52,334 nucleotides of DNA, taken from NCBI GenBank assembly GCA_009919005.1, contig RGCW01000003.1, forward strand, positions 1 to 52,334. The letters are read 5' to 3'. The notes beneath the pieces are model-generated. The model was given only the letters and a program-made list of their open reading frames with translations, was not told the DNA's origin and ran no database searches. The translations under genes and the position numbers were made by a program. Below, piece by piece: positions 8,501 to 18,873 of this stretch (positions within the stretch are counted from its first letter, which is position 1; each line of letters opens with the position of its first letter). This DNA comes from Candidatus Aquidulcis sp. (GTDB lineage: Bacteria; Chloroflexota; Limnocylindria; Limnocylindrales; Limnocylindraceae).

Positions 8501-9759
8501 CCGTCGACAACAGCGCCCTGCCAACATACGAGCGCGTCGACGGAGCACTCCCCGCACGCGTCGACCTCGTCGTGATCGGCGCAGGCGTTGCGGGTGCAGC
8601 AACTGCCTACTTCGCGGCCCGCGCCGGCCTTCAGGTGCTGGTTATCGAACGCCGCCGCAGCATTGCCTCTCTGACCACTGCTGCAGCAACAGGCGCGTTT
8701 CGTTTGCAACACGACAACGTTGATGAGTTTGCGCTGGTGCATGAGGGTCTACCGCTTTATCTGAACTTTGCTGACGAGTCGGGTCTCACGGGATGGAACC
8801 TCGGCATCCGTCAGCAGGGCTATCTGTTCTGTAGCCGCACCGAGTTGAGCGCAGCAAAGGGCCGCGAGCTAGTAGCGCTGCAGCGAACCTTTGGTCTGAC
8901 TGATGTGGAGTTGCTGAGTGGCGATGAGGCACGTGTGCGCTGGCCATACCTTTCGCCAGAGATTCGTCAGGTGCGTTTTCGCGCCGGTGACGGATTCATC
9001 GATCAGGTTGCGTTGACGCACGGATACGCCGCGGCGTCATCACACGCAGCTCGGATCAACGGAGCGAGGGGTTCGGGCCATGCGACCTATGCACTGGAGA
9101 CCACCGTCATCGGATTCGTTCGGGATGCGAGTGGTGCCGTTATCGGAGTTCACACCAATCGTGGCGATGTCAACGCCTCGCAAACGGTGATCGCCGCTGG
9201 ACCCTGGAGTGGCGCCGTCGCACGGCTCGCTGCGCTCGACCTACCGATTGCGCCCACTATTCGTCAGAAGCTGGTCATCCCCGATCTTCCGGCCATTGAT
9301 CAGCGTGCCCCAATGACCATTGATGACGAAACGGGATCACACTGGCGCCCCGCGTTGGCGGGGGCGTTTGCCCTACGGACCGATCCGGAGACCCCTGTTG
9401 GGGAGCCGCTACTCGAGGTGCCAACGGATGAGGCGATGGCCCATGCTCTCCTTGATCCTGCATCACCGACCTCACTGGCGCTGCTAGCGCCCTTCTGGCG
9501 GGAGGTGTGGCACAGCGGCCCACCCGCCTGGCAGCTGATGGCAGGTCAATATGAATACACGCCAGACCATCGCCCCTTCATCGGGCCAACCGACCAGCCT
9601 GGACTCTTCGTCAATACGGGGTATTCGGGTCATGGGGTCATGTGCAGCGCGGGTGGAGCCCGTCGTACCGTTGATCTGCTCCTCGGACGCGCCTCGGCGG
9701 CCGATGAGCCCTTCCGTGTTGGTCGCCCGATGACCGCCCGAGCGCACGACGTGCTTTGA
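8497..9759 (+). CDS. FAD-dependent oxidoreductase (DAO/glycine-oxidase-like family)
   Basis: Dinucleotide fold DLVVIGAGVAGAATAYFAARAG; about 420 aa; GTGA overlap with the eda-like gene. Confidence 0.75.
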   Translation: MTVDNSALPTYERVDGALPARVDLVVIGAGVAGAATAYFAARAGLQVLVIERRRSIASLTTAAATGAFRLQHDNVDEFALVHEGLPLYLNFADESGLTGWNLGIRQQGYLFCSRTELSAAKGRELVALQRTFGLTDVELLSGDEARVRWPYLSPEIRQVRFRAGDGFIDQVALTHGYAAASSHAARINGARGSGHATYALETTVIGFVRDASGAVIGVHTNRGDVNASQTVIAAGPWSGAVARLAALDLPIAPTIRQKLVIPDLPAIDQRAPMTIDDETGSHWRPALAGAFALRTDPETPVGEPLLEVPTDEAMAHALLDPASPTSLALLAPFWREVWHSGPPAWQLMAGQYEYTPDHRPFIGPTDQPGLFVNTGYSGHGVMCSAGGARRTVDLLLGRASAADEPFRVGRPMTARAHDVL

Positions 9760-9784
9760 TCGCCTGCGTCGGCTCTGGTAGGCT
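9756..9784 (+). promoter_or_regulatory. sigma-70-type promoter of the ilv leader: -35 TTGATC, 17-nt spacer with TGG extended element, -10 TAGGCT
   Basis: TTGATC 9756-9761, TGG 9776-9778 and TAGGCT 9779-9784. The leader ATG at 9791 lies 6 nt downstream. Confidence 0.5.
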
Positions 9785-9790
9785 GACGTC

Positions 9791-9910
9791 ATGGCAACCC
9801 GCGCACTGCTCCTGACCCCAGCGATCGGCGGTCTCTTTGTGCTCGTTGCTGCCCTCATTGAGGGCGCACGCAACCTTATTGGGTTGCTTATTCAGCCCCG
9901 GCGGGGCTGA
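9791..9910 (+). CDS. 39-codon Leu/Ile/Val-rich ilv leader peptide
   Basis: MATRALLLTPAIGGLFVLVAALIEGARNLIGLLIQPRRG* has 15/39 L/I/V, including LIGLLI directly before hairpin arm 1. Too short for the ORF track. Confidence 0.6.
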   Translation: MATRALLLTPAIGGLFVLVAALIEGARNLIGLLIQPRRG

Positions 9911-9962
9911 GGAGACCAGAGGCGCGGAGAGACCGCCCGAAGGAAACTTCAGAACCCCGCCG
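9893..9962 (+). promoter_or_regulatory. attenuator alternative structures (1:2 hairpin and 2:3 antiterminator)
   Basis: CAGCCCC (9893-9899) pairs with GGGGCTG (9903-9909). Alternatively, CGGCGGGG (9899-9906) pairs with CCCCGCCG (9955-9962), the 5' arm of the terminator. Confidence 0.55.
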
Positions 9963-9982
9963 AAGAGGCGGGGTTTTTTGTT
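9953..9982 (+). terminator. intrinsic terminator (attenuator 3:4 hairpin)
   Basis: AACCCCGCC-GAAGA-GGCGGGGTT followed by TTTTTTGTT; lies 49 nt upstream of the ilvB start. Confidence 0.8.
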
Positions 9983-10030
9983 GCAAACCGACAGCGATCA
10001 ATGGTTAGACCTGAGAGCAGAGGGGGAACG

Positions 10031-11929
10031 ATGGCGGAACCAGGGCACGTGCCCGGCGCGGGGAGTTCAGCGGCGATCGCCTCTGAGCGCGCACGGCGCG
10101 AGATGTTGCGCGACGCTCGCGTCACCTCACGCGGCGGCGTACGCCCACGTATCGGGGCCGACGCACTGTGCGAAGCGATCCTGCTCCAGGGGAGTGACAC
10201 GATATGGGGTTACCCGGGCGGAGTGATCTTGCCTCTCTACGACGTTCTGGCCGACCATCCCGGGCTCCGTCACATTCTGGTTCGACATGAGCAGGCCGCC
10301 GCGCACGCCGCCGACGGGTACGCGCGCGCCTCGGGGAAGGTTGGCGTCTGCCTCGGTACGTCGGGACCTGGCGCAACCAACCTGGTGACCGGGGTTGGCA
10401 CCGCCATGTTGGACTCCGTGCCGATGGTGGCGATTACTGGCAACGTGCCCAATGCACTGATCGGTAAAGACGCTTTCCAAGAGATTGACATCACGGGGAT
10501 CACGCTCCCGATGACGAAGCACAACTATCTAGTGCGCAGTGCCGACGAGATTCCCTATGTGATCGCTGAAGCATTCCATATTGCGCGCAGCGGTCGGCCC
10601 GGTCCAGTGCACGTCGACATCACCAAGGATGCACTGATGGGTGAAACCGCTGCAACGCATCCAAGCGCAGCTGATATTGAGGCAGGCCTCCCTGGCTACA
10701 GGCCGAAGGTGGACGGACATCCGCGTCAGATCAAGCTGCTTGCAGAGGCGATTGCAGGAGCGCACCGCCCCGTTATCTTGGCGGGCCACGGCGTGCTCAT
10801 TGCGGGCGCTGAGCGTGAGCTTCTTGAGCTCGCCCGTGCGGCCCAGATTCCGATCACCTGGACACTGCTCGGCATTGGTGTAATCGATGAGAAAGACCCC
10901 CTAGCGTACGGCTATATGGGTATGCACGGCTGGAAGCACGTGAATCGCGCGATCCAATCGGCTGATCTGCTGATCGGCATCGGCATGCGCTTTGATGATC
11001 GCGTCACGGGGAATGTTCGAACCTACGCGCCGAAGGCGAAGATCGCGCACATTGACATTGATCCAGCAGAGATTGGCAAGAATGTCGTGGCTGACCTGCC
11101 GATTGTGGGCGACGCGAAGCACGTGCTTGATGCACTGCTGCCGCTGATCACGAAAGTTGATCCCGCCATTCGCACCGACTACTTTGCCGAATTGGCAACG
11201 TGGCGAACCGAGAGCGAGGGCTCATCGTGGCACGGATCGGGGGGCTTCCGCGACGGGGTGCTCTCCGCCGACTTTGTCGTTGATCGCATCGCGGCCGGTT
11301 CAGGTTTCGACGCCAATCTCACCGCAGACGTTGGCCAGAATCAGATGTGGGTTGCCCGATACGGGGCGTTCCGCCGTCCAAATTCGCATATCTCCTCGGG
11401 AGGTCTCGGCACCATGGGCTTTGCACTCCCCGCAGCAATGGGGGCGGCAGTCGCCGTGCCCGAGAAAGTTTCGTGGGCCATTGCTGGAGATGGTGGCTTC
11501 CAGATGACCCTGCAAGAGCTGGCCACGGTGGTGCAAGAGCGAATCCCCGTAAAGATTGCCCTCATGGACAACAAGAAGTTGGGCATGATCCGACAGTGGC
11601 AAGAGATTGTGTACGCGGGGAACTATCACTCCGAACAGCTGGCCGGCCCTGATTACCTGAAGTTGTGTGAGGCCTACGGCCTCCCCGCGTGGAAGGTTTC
11701 GACACCAGATCAGGCCGACGCGGCAGTTGCTGCGGCGCTGGCCGAAGATGGACCAGCGCTGATCTGGTTTGAGATCGCTGAACGCCAGAATGTGTATCCG
11801 ATGATGCCGGCGGGCAAAGGCCTCTCAGACCTGATCGACAAGTGGGGCGATGACGGGGAGGATGTCACCGAGGGCGACGCAGGCCCGCGCCTCGATCCGA
11901 TGCATCCAACCGAAGGGGGTCCGAAGTGA
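10031..11929 (+). CDS. ilvB: acetolactate synthase (AHAS) large subunit
   Basis: ThDP-enzyme motifs GYPGGVILPLYD, GTSGPGATNLVTG, GLGTMGFALPAAMGA and IAGDGGFQM. Start set at ATG 10031, 4 nt after AGGGGG; the track ORF starts at 10001. Confidence 0.93.
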   Translation: MAEPGHVPGAGSSAAIASERARREMLRDARVTSRGGVRPRIGADALCEAILLQGSDTIWGYPGGVILPLYDVLADHPGLRHILVRHEQAAAHAADGYARASGKVGVCLGTSGPGATNLVTGVGTAMLDSVPMVAITGNVPNALIGKDAFQEIDITGITLPMTKHNYLVRSADEIPYVIAEAFHIARSGRPGPVHVDITKDALMGETAATHPSAADIEAGLPGYRPKVDGHPRQIKLLAEAIAGAHRPVILAGHGVLIAGAERELLELARAAQIPITWTLLGIGVIDEKDPLAYGYMGMHGWKHVNRAIQSADLLIGIGMRFDDRVTGNVRTYAPKAKIAHIDIDPAEIGKNVVADLPIVGDAKHVLDALLPLITKVDPAIRTDYFAELATWRTESEGSSWHGSGGFRDGVLSADFVVDRIAAGSGFDANLTADVGQNQMWVARYGAFRRPNSHISSGGLGTMGFALPAAMGAAVAVPEKVSWAIAGDGGFQMTLQELATVVQERIPVKIALMDNKKLGMIRQWQEIVYAGNYHSEQLAGPDYLKLCEAYGLPAWKVSTPDQADAAVAAALAEDGPALIWFEIAERQNVYPMMPAGKGLSDLIDKWGDDGEDVTEGDAGPRLDPMHPTEGGPK

Positions 11930-12477
11930 GCGTCGGCACGTCGGCCCGCTCGCTCCCAGGGTCTGGTGAGGAGCGCCGACACCTTATTGTCGCGATCGTC
12001 AACAACAAGCCCGGCGTGTTGAATCGGGTCGCAAGTCTGATGCGGGCCCGAAACTTCAACATTGAATCACTCGCCGTATCCGTCACAGAGCGGAGCGACA
12101 CCTCGCGCATGACCCTGACGATCGTCGGCGATGAGGTCCACGTTGAGCAGGCGGCGAAGCAGCTCTACAAGCTCATTGATGTGCTCAAGGTGCAAGACGT
12201 TACCGACGATTCAACCGTTGAGCACGAGCTTGCCCTGATTAAGGTGCGTGCCACAAAGCGTTCGCGACCTGAAATTGTGAGCGTGGCAGAGATGCATCGG
12301 GCCAAGGTGGTTGACCTTGGCGATGAGGCGGTCATCGTCGAAGTGGTCGGGGAGCCGGCCGACATCGACGCGTTGGTCGAGCTCCTGAGGGAGTTCGGAA
12401 TCAAAGAGCTGGTGCGAACTGGCTCGGTAGTGATGTCCCGCGGCAGCGGGTCTATCGAGGAGCAGGTGAAGCGATGA
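11926..12477 (+). CDS. ilvN: acetolactate synthase small (regulatory) subunit
   Basis: ACT domain [31 protein letters not shown]; GTGA overlap with ilvB. Confidence 0.92.
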   Translation: MSVGTSARSLPGSGEERRHLIVAIVNNKPGVLNRVASLMRARNFNIESLAVSVTERSDTSRMTLTIVGDEVHVEQAAKQLYKLIDVLKVQDVTDDSTVEHELALIKVRATKRSRPEIVSVAEMHRAKVVDLGDEAVIVEVVGEPADIDALVELLREFGIKELVRTGSVVMSRGSGSIEEQVKR

Positions 12478-13523
12478 GCGTAAAGATGTACTACAGCGCC
12501 GAGGCACCACTCGAGGCCCTGAAGGGTCAGGTGATTGCTGTGATCGGGTACGGCAGCCAAGGGCATGCCCACGCTCGAAACCTCAAGGAGTCTGGACTCA
12601 CCGTGATCATCGGCCTCAAAGAGGGCTCGAAGAGCCGCGCTGTTGCCGCCGCCGATGGGTTTGAGGTTCTCAGTGCCGCCGAGGCGACAAAGCGCGCCGA
12701 CGTTGTGATGATCGCTGCACCAGACACGGCGCAGAAGGCGCTCTACGACAACGAGATCGCTCCAAACCTCAAAAAGGGTGCGCTACTGCTCTTCGCCCAT
12801 GGCTTCAACATTCATTTCGGTCGCATCACACCTGCCGAAGGGACCGACGTTGGCATGGTCGCACCGAAGGGCCCTGGTCACCTTGTGCGATCCGTGTACG
12901 TCTCAGGTGGCGGTGTGCCAGCGCTCTTCGCCGTCGGGCAAGAGGCGACGGGCACAGCGCGCGCTCGTGTGATGGCGTATGCCAACGGACTCGGCTGCAC
13001 GCGTGCAGGCATCATGGAGACAACCTTCAAAGATGAAACCGAGAGCGATCTCTTCGGCGAGCAGGCGGTCCTCTGCGGCGGCACTGCGCAGCTCGTAAAG
13101 AGTGCGTGGGAGACGCTCGTCGAGGCTGGATACGACCCTGAGCTCGCCTACTTCGAGACGATGCATGAACTGAAGCTCATCGTCGACCTGATGTATCGAG
13201 GCGGACTGGACTTCATGCGATTCTCCGTATCGGACACCGCCGAATGGGGCGACTACACCTCGGGTCCGCGCATCATTGATGCATCAGTGAAGGCGCGGAT
13301 GAAGGAGGTCCTCGCTGAGATTCAAGACGGTACCTTTGCCAAGCGTTGGATCGCCGAAGATGAGGCGGGTCGGCCAGAGTACAAGCGCTTGCGCGCCGCA
13401 AACTCGGGTCACCCAATCGAAAGGGTTGGGAAGGCGTTGCGCCACCAGATGACCTTCTTGAATCCAGTCGAAGTCGACATGGACGGTGCGCAGGGTGCCG
13501 CGGAGAAGGGCGCCGGCAAGTGA
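12474..13523 (+). CDS. ilvC: ketol-acid reductoisomerase
   Basis: [13 protein letters not shown] Rossmann motif; class I length of 349 aa; ATGA overlap. Confidence 0.95.
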   Translation: MSVKMYYSAEAPLEALKGQVIAVIGYGSQGHAHARNLKESGLTVIIGLKEGSKSRAVAAADGFEVLSAAEATKRADVVMIAAPDTAQKALYDNEIAPNLKKGALLLFAHGFNIHFGRITPAEGTDVGMVAPKGPGHLVRSVYVSGGGVPALFAVGQEATGTARARVMAYANGLGCTRAGIMETTFKDETESDLFGEQAVLCGGTAQLVKSAWETLVEAGYDPELAYFETMHELKLIVDLMYRGGLDFMRFSVSDTAEWGDYTSGPRIIDASVKARMKEVLAEIQDGTFAKRWIAEDEAGRPEYKRLRAANSGHPIERVGKALRHQMTFLNPVEVDMDGAQGAAEKGAGK

Positions 13524-15160
13524 ACGGCGCTCCAGGTCCTGGCGTCGTCACCGGCGCGGTTCGCATCTTTGACACCACCCTGCGGGACGGTGAACAGGCG
13601 CCGGGTGCGGGCCTCACCGTTGCAGAGAAGTTGGAGGTTGCGCGCCAACTCGCGAAGCTGAAGGTTGACGTTATTGAGGCGGGGTTCCCCGCGGCGTCTG
13701 AGGGCGACTTTGCGGCAGTTCGGGAGATTGCCCAAGCAACGAAGGGGGTCGGCATCGCCGCCCTTGCTCGATGCAAGGATGGCGATCCACAACGCGCCAT
13801 TGATGCGATCAAGGTGTCGGATCGACCTCACCTGCATCTATTCATTGCCACCTCTGACATCCACCTCACGCATAAGTTGCGCACCACTCGAGAGGCGGCA
13901 CTCGCCGAGGCGGTCAAGTGGGTGAAGTACGCCCGCGAGACGCTCGGCCGCGATGCAGAGGTGGAGTTCTCCGCCGAGGATGCAAGCCGTACCGATCACG
14001 ACTACCTGTTGCAGGTCTATGAGGCGGTTGTTGAGGCGGGTGCCTCGACAGTGAACATCCCCGACACCGTCGGGTATGCCATTCCTTCGGAGTACGCCTC
14101 GCTGACGAAGCTCGTCGTGGATCGCGTCGGTCGGGATGCAACGATCAGCGTCCACTGCCACAACGACCTCGGCCTCGCGACCGCCAACACGTTGGCGGCG
14201 GTGCAGGCGGGGGCGAGACAGGTTGAGGTGACGATCAACGGACTCGGCGAGCGCGCTGGTAACGCCTCACTTGAAGAGGTAGTGATGGCGCTGCGCACTC
14301 GCCCAGGTCAGTTCGAGTCGCACGACATTCACGTGCAGACCGAACAACTGACGTCGGCCAGCCGCCTTGTTTCGTATCTGACCGGCTTCGCCGTGCAGCC
14401 GAACAAGGCGATCGTTGGCGCGAACGCGTTTGCCCACGAGTCAGGGATCCATCAGGACGGCGTGCTGAAGAACCCGCTGACCTACGAGATCATGACGCCG
14501 CAGTCGGTTGGTCTCGTTGGTTCGAGCCTGACGATCGGCAAGCTTTCGGGGCGTCGTGGCCTACAGGCGAAGTTCGCCGAGCTCGGTCACGACCTCAGCG
14601 GAGAGGCGCTGGACGCCCTCTACCGTGAGGCGATCGCCCTCGCTGACGTGAAGAAGGAGCTGACCGACGCCGACCTCTTGGCGCTCGTCGACAAGCGCGC
14701 CGCTACTGGCAGCGCTGCAACCATTGAACTGCTCGACTGGAGCGTTGCCAGCTCACGCGGCGGCGGCTCATCTGGCCGGGTCGAGGTGCGTGTGAACGGC
14801 GTGGAGGCCATGGCGGAATCTACGGGGAACGGCCCCGTCGACGCCCTCTACGAGGCCATCGACAAGGCGGTCGCCCCAACCCTCGGCTGGAACCCGATCC
14901 TCGCGGAGTACGAGATTCGCGCCGTGAGCGAGGGTGAAGACGCCCAAGGTCAGGTGACGACGAAGTGTCGCCGTTCCACAGATCTTGATGGAGAGGGGAA
15001 GCCGCTCCCGAATGTGCCAATGGTCACAGGGCAGGGGCTCTCAACAAACATCATTGATGCGTCACTTGTCGCCTACATCTCCGCTGCGAATAAGCTCGCA
15101 GCCCTGGAGATCGGTTCGGCGAGTGCGCCAACGAAGGGATCTCGCGAGGCGATGCAGTGA
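13520..15160 (+). CDS. leuA: 2-isopropylmalate synthase
   Basis: [10 protein letters not shown] and [12 protein letters not shown], plus a LeuA C-terminal regulatory domain; GTGA overlap. Confidence 0.9.
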   Translation: MNGAPGPGVVTGAVRIFDTTLRDGEQAPGAGLTVAEKLEVARQLAKLKVDVIEAGFPAASEGDFAAVREIAQATKGVGIAALARCKDGDPQRAIDAIKVSDRPHLHLFIATSDIHLTHKLRTTREAALAEAVKWVKYARETLGRDAEVEFSAEDASRTDHDYLLQVYEAVVEAGASTVNIPDTVGYAIPSEYASLTKLVVDRVGRDATISVHCHNDLGLATANTLAAVQAGARQVEVTINGLGERAGNASLEEVVMALRTRPGQFESHDIHVQTEQLTSASRLVSYLTGFAVQPNKAIVGANAFAHESGIHQDGVLKNPLTYEIMTPQSVGLVGSSLTIGKLSGRRGLQAKFAELGHDLSGEALDALYREAIALADVKKELTDADLLALVDKRAATGSAATIELLDWSVASSRGGGSSGRVEVRVNGVEAMAESTGNGPVDALYEAIDKAVAPTLGWNPILAEYEIRAVSEGEDAQGQVTTKCRRSTDLDGEGKPLPNVPMVTGQGLSTNIIDASLVAYISAANKLAALEIGSASAPTKGSREAMQ

Positions 15161-16332
15161 GCGAGACGCTCGTCGCGCCACTCGCCTCGGAGTTACGTGA
15201 CGGTGATGCCGATCATTTGATTGTCACCATCCCTGGTGACGGGGTTGGCCCTGATGTGGTGGCGGCGGCGCGTCGCGTGCTCGACGCTGCGGGCTCGAAG
15301 TTTGGATTTAAGCTCGCCTGGCGCGAGATCTTGGCCGGTGGCTGCGCCATCGACGCGTACGGCGTTGCCGTTCGCGAAGAGGACCTGCAGATCGCCGACA
15401 TAGCCGACGCTCTACTCCTTGGCGCGGTTGGTGGACCCAAGTGGGATAACCCGAACGGCACCGTTCGCCCAGAACAGGCACTCTTCGCATTCCGCACTCG
15501 TTACGAACTCTTCGCCAACCTGCGTCCCGTCACGATCTACCCAGAGCTCGCCGATGCCTCACCGCTGAAGGCTGAGCGCCTGAAGGGCGTTGACATGCTG
15601 ATGGTGCGCGAACTGACCGGTGGTCTCTACTTCGGTAAGCCGTCGGGTGAAGAGTCGACGCCAACAGGTCGCCGCGCAATCGACACACTTCCGTATCACG
15701 AGGATGAGATCCGCCGTGTTGCCGAGATCGCCTTTGCCTTGGCGCGCACACGACGAAAGTCGGTGACCTCTGTTGACAAGGCGAACGTCCTCGCCACCAG
15801 CCGGCTCTGGCGCAAGGTTGTGTCTGAGGTTGGCACCGCGTATCCCGATGTCAAACTTGAGCATCGTCTCGTCGACTCAACAGCCATGCTCCTTGCGACG
15901 TGGCCTGCAACCTTCGACGTAGTCGTTACTGAGAATCTCTTTGGCGACATCCTTTCCGACGAGGCCGCGGTATTGGCCGGCTCACTGGGCATGCTCCCAT
16001 CGGCCTCCCTCGGCGCGCGACGAACAGCTCACGGCACCTTTGGACTCTACGAACCGATCCACGGGTCCGCCCCCGATATCGCGGGGAAGAATCTCGCGAA
16101 TCCGATTGGCACCATCCTCTCTGGGGCGATGCTGCTGCGCGAGTCACTCGGCCGCGCCGATGCCGCTACCGCGATCGAGCAGGCGGTCGCCAATACGCTC
16201 CGTGCCGGCATACGGACCGCGGATCTCGCCCCAGGACTCGACTCCGCTGGCGCAAACGCAACTGGCCTCACCCTCGCAGGTACCCGCGAGGTGACTGACG
16301 CCATCGTGGAGCAGGTACTGAGCCTGCGATGA
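15157..16332 (+). CDS. leuB: 3-isopropylmalate dehydrogenase
   Basis: NLFGDILSDEAAVLAGSLGMLPSAS and LLLGAVGGPKWD; GTGA overlap. Confidence 0.93.
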   Translation: MSETLVAPLASELRDGDADHLIVTIPGDGVGPDVVAAARRVLDAAGSKFGFKLAWREILAGGCAIDAYGVAVREEDLQIADIADALLLGAVGGPKWDNPNGTVRPEQALFAFRTRYELFANLRPVTIYPELADASPLKAERLKGVDMLMVRELTGGLYFGKPSGEESTPTGRRAIDTLPYHEDEIRRVAEIAFALARTRRKSVTSVDKANVLATSRLWRKVVSEVGTAYPDVKLEHRLVDSTAMLLATWPATFDVVVTENLFGDILSDEAAVLAGSLGMLPSASLGARRTAHGTFGLYEPIHGSAPDIAGKNLANPIGTILSGAMLLRESLGRADAATAIEQAVANTLRAGIRTADLAPGLDSAGANATGLTLAGTREVTDAIVEQVLSLR

Positions 16333-18005
16333 CCGCCCATGGAGGCGCTAAACAGGAGCGCGGGGTTGCGCACGAGCCTGTGCTGCTTTACGACACCACC
16401 CTTCGTGACGGAGCGCAGCGCGAGGGTCTGACTCTCTCCTTGCAAGACAAACTGCGCATCGCACGGGCGCTTGATGAGTTCGGCATGTTGGCGATTGAGG
16501 GGGGGTGGCCTGGCTCAAACCCGAAAGACATCGAATTCTTCGCTGCGGCGAAGAAGATTCGCTGGGAGCGTGCGCGACTCGCCGCATTCGGGAGCACGCG
16601 GCACAAGTCCAACAAACCTGGTGACGACGCAAATCTGAATGCCCTGCTCGATGCCGAGACACCAATTGTCACGATCTTCGGGAAGAGCTGGACCCTCCAC
16701 GTTGAAGCGGTGCTTGAGGCTTCGCGTGCCGAGAACCTCGCGATGATTTCGGAGAGTGTGGCCTACATCGCGGAGCGCGGTCGCGAGATGGTGTACGACG
16801 CGGAGCACTTCTTTGATGGATATGAGGCGGATCGTGCCTATGCGCTCGACACGCTGCGCGCTGCGCGGGATGCAGGAGCATCAACACTGGTGCTCTGCGA
16901 CACGAACGGTGGCACCCTAACTGGGCGCATGGCCGAGATCGTGAGCGATGCGCGGGCAACGCTGGCGTCTGATGCTGCGACGAGAGAGATCGTATGGGGG
17001 ATTCACACGCACAATGATGCAGAGCTCGCGGTTGCGAACGCGCTGGCTGCCGTCGACGCGGGTGTGCGCCATGTACAAGCGACTATCAATGGCTACGGCG
17101 AACGTGCAGGCAACGCCAATATGGTTTCTCTGCTTGCCAATCTTGCGCTGAAGACCAATCACCAGGTCGCAGGCGCCGATCACCTTGCTGATCTTTCGCG
17201 GCTCTCACACGAGGTGGCAGAGATCGCAAATCTCGCGCCCGATGATCACCAACCGTATGTCGGGCGCTCCGCCTTTGCGCACAAGGGGGGCGTGCATGGT
17301 GCGGCACAGGTGAAGACGCCACGTGCCTACCAGCACATCGATCCAGGCCTAGTGGGGAATCGCGGCCGATTGGTGGTCTCTGAGCTCGGCGGCAAGGCGA
17401 ACACGGGCAGCCGCGCCGCTGAGCTCGGCCTTGAGCTCGCGAACGCTGGGCTTGATCCGAAGACGCTCTCGTCGCTGGTAAAGGAGTTGGAGGCGGCAGG
17501 AGCGAGCTACGAGGGGGCGGAGGCCTCGCTCCAACTACTGGTTGAGCGACATCGTTCGACCTATGTGGCGCCATTCACCATCGTTGATTTCACGGTGATC
17601 GTGGAGCAGCGCGAAGGTCTGCCAGGGCGAGCCGAGGCAACCGTCCGTGTTGAGGTCGCCGGGGAGCGGCTGCACACGGCCGCCGATGGAAACGGACCAG
17701 TGAATGCCCTCGACCGCGCGTTGCGCAAGGCGCTCGGCGCCTTCTACCCGCAGCTGGACGCGGTGCACCTCGTCGACTACAAGGTCCGTATCCTTGACGG
17801 CGCATCTGCGACAGGTGCCAAGACGCGTGTCGTGATTGAGTCTGCAGCCGGTGCCGAGGCGTGGTCGACGATGGGTGTGGGCGAGAACATTATTGCAGCA
17901 TCCGCAGCGGCGCTCGCCGACTCACTTGAATATGCACTACGTGTCCAAGGATCGCAGATCTCACGTCGATCGGAGCGTGACGCGGCCCCTGGGAGCCCCG
18001 CGTGA
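16329..18005 (+). CDS. cimA: (R)-citramalate synthase-type LeuA paralogue
   Basis: YDTTLRDGAQREG, WPGSNPKD and HTHNDAELAVANAL; 558 aa with a LeuA-dimer-like C-terminus. Sequence style matches the CimA clade; ATGA overlap. Confidence 0.75.
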   Translation: MTAHGGAKQERGVAHEPVLLYDTTLRDGAQREGLTLSLQDKLRIARALDEFGMLAIEGGWPGSNPKDIEFFAAAKKIRWERARLAAFGSTRHKSNKPGDDANLNALLDAETPIVTIFGKSWTLHVEAVLEASRAENLAMISESVAYIAERGREMVYDAEHFFDGYEADRAYALDTLRAARDAGASTLVLCDTNGGTLTGRMAEIVSDARATLASDAATREIVWGIHTHNDAELAVANALAAVDAGVRHVQATINGYGERAGNANMVSLLANLALKTNHQVAGADHLADLSRLSHEVAEIANLAPDDHQPYVGRSAFAHKGGVHGAAQVKTPRAYQHIDPGLVGNRGRLVVSELGGKANTGSRAAELGLELANAGLDPKTLSSLVKELEAAGASYEGAEASLQLLVERHRSTYVAPFTIVDFTVIVEQREGLPGRAEATVRVEVAGERLHTAADGNGPVNALDRALRKALGAFYPQLDAVHLVDYKVRILDGASATGAKTRVVIESAAGAEAWSTMGVGENIIAASAAALADSLEYALRVQGSQISRRSERDAAPGSPA

Positions 18006-18838
18006 GTGGGCTCATCGCATACGCCGGTGAACCTGGCGCGTTTGCGGAAGACGCACTCCTGCGCTACTTCGGAGACGAGGCCAGGTCACTCAACCTCGCT
18101 TCCTTTGGTGAGGTACGCACGGCGATCCTTGACGGTCGTGCGTCTTTTGGCGTGCTGCCCATTGAGAATCTGATCAATGGCACCGTTCGCGAAACGCTCG
18201 ATCTTCTTCGCGATGGTGCACTTGAGATCGTTGGTGAAGTGGTGGTGCCCGTCTCACTAGTGCTGGCCGCTCTCCCTGGTGTGCTCCTCGAAGGGGTAGC
18301 ACGCGTCTATAGTCATGCGCAGGCGCTGGCGCAGGCCGAGACCTATCTGCGCAGCCGGCCATGGACGCTCCTCACCACCTACAACACTGCTGGCGCAGGA
18401 GCGATGATTCGCGATCGCGATGAGCGGGATGCCGCCGCTGTCCTCTCGCCACGTGCAGCAGCGATTCACGGACTAACCCCGCTGACCGGTGCAATCGAGG
18501 CGGTCTCGGGGAATCGCACGCGCTTCTGGGTCGTGCAACGGGCGGGAGGGCCAGCCCACAGGTCGAGTTCGAGTCCCGCTCGCACCACACTCCTTGTCGG
18601 CCTGCGCAACCAACCAGGCGCGCTGCTCGCCGCCTTGGCCGTCATTGCCGCGGCGGGTGTAAACATCAGCAAGTTGGAGTCTCGACCGAATCGTGTTGGA
18701 GAGTGGGAGTACATCTTCTGGCTCGACCTGGATGGCGCGGCCGACTCACCAGAGATTCGCACGGTGGTAGAGGGGTTGGCCAGCGTGACCTTGGAGTGCC
18801 ACGTACTCGGCAGTTATCCGCGCGGCGAGGCGCTCTGA
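18002..18838 (+). CDS. pheA: prephenate dehydratase (PDT + ACT domains)
   Basis: YAGEPGAFAEDA, TRFWVV and ISKLESRP; GTGA overlap with cimA. Confidence 0.88.
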   Translation: MSGLIAYAGEPGAFAEDALLRYFGDEARSLNLASFGEVRTAILDGRASFGVLPIENLINGTVRETLDLLRDGALEIVGEVVVPVSLVLAALPGVLLEGVARVYSHAQALAQAETYLRSRPWTLLTTYNTAGAGAMIRDRDERDAAAVLSPRAAAIHGLTPLTGAIEAVSGNRTRFWVVQRAGGPAHRSSSSPARTTLLVGLRNQPGALLAALAVIAAAGVNISKLESRPNRVGEWEYIFWLDLDGAADSPEIRTVVEGLASVTLECHVLGSYPRGEAL

Positions 18839-18859
18839 TCACGCAGCTCCGTGCGCCGC

Positions 18860-18865
18860 TAGACT
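18860..18865 (+). promoter_or_regulatory. -10 box TAGACT, 8 nt upstream of aldehyde dehydrogenase ATG 18874
   Basis: TANNNT-N8-ATG, just after the pheA stop. Confidence 0.3.
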
Positions 18866-18873
18866 CGCTTCAT

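Noticed and set aside
11015-11024. gttcgaacct inside ilvB matching the tRNA-Gly T-arm, considered as a possible att-site duplicate
   Set aside because: Only about 10-11 nt match, inside a conserved coding region 20 kb away. I found no longer copy of the tRNA 3' end by eye, though an exhaustive search was not possible.
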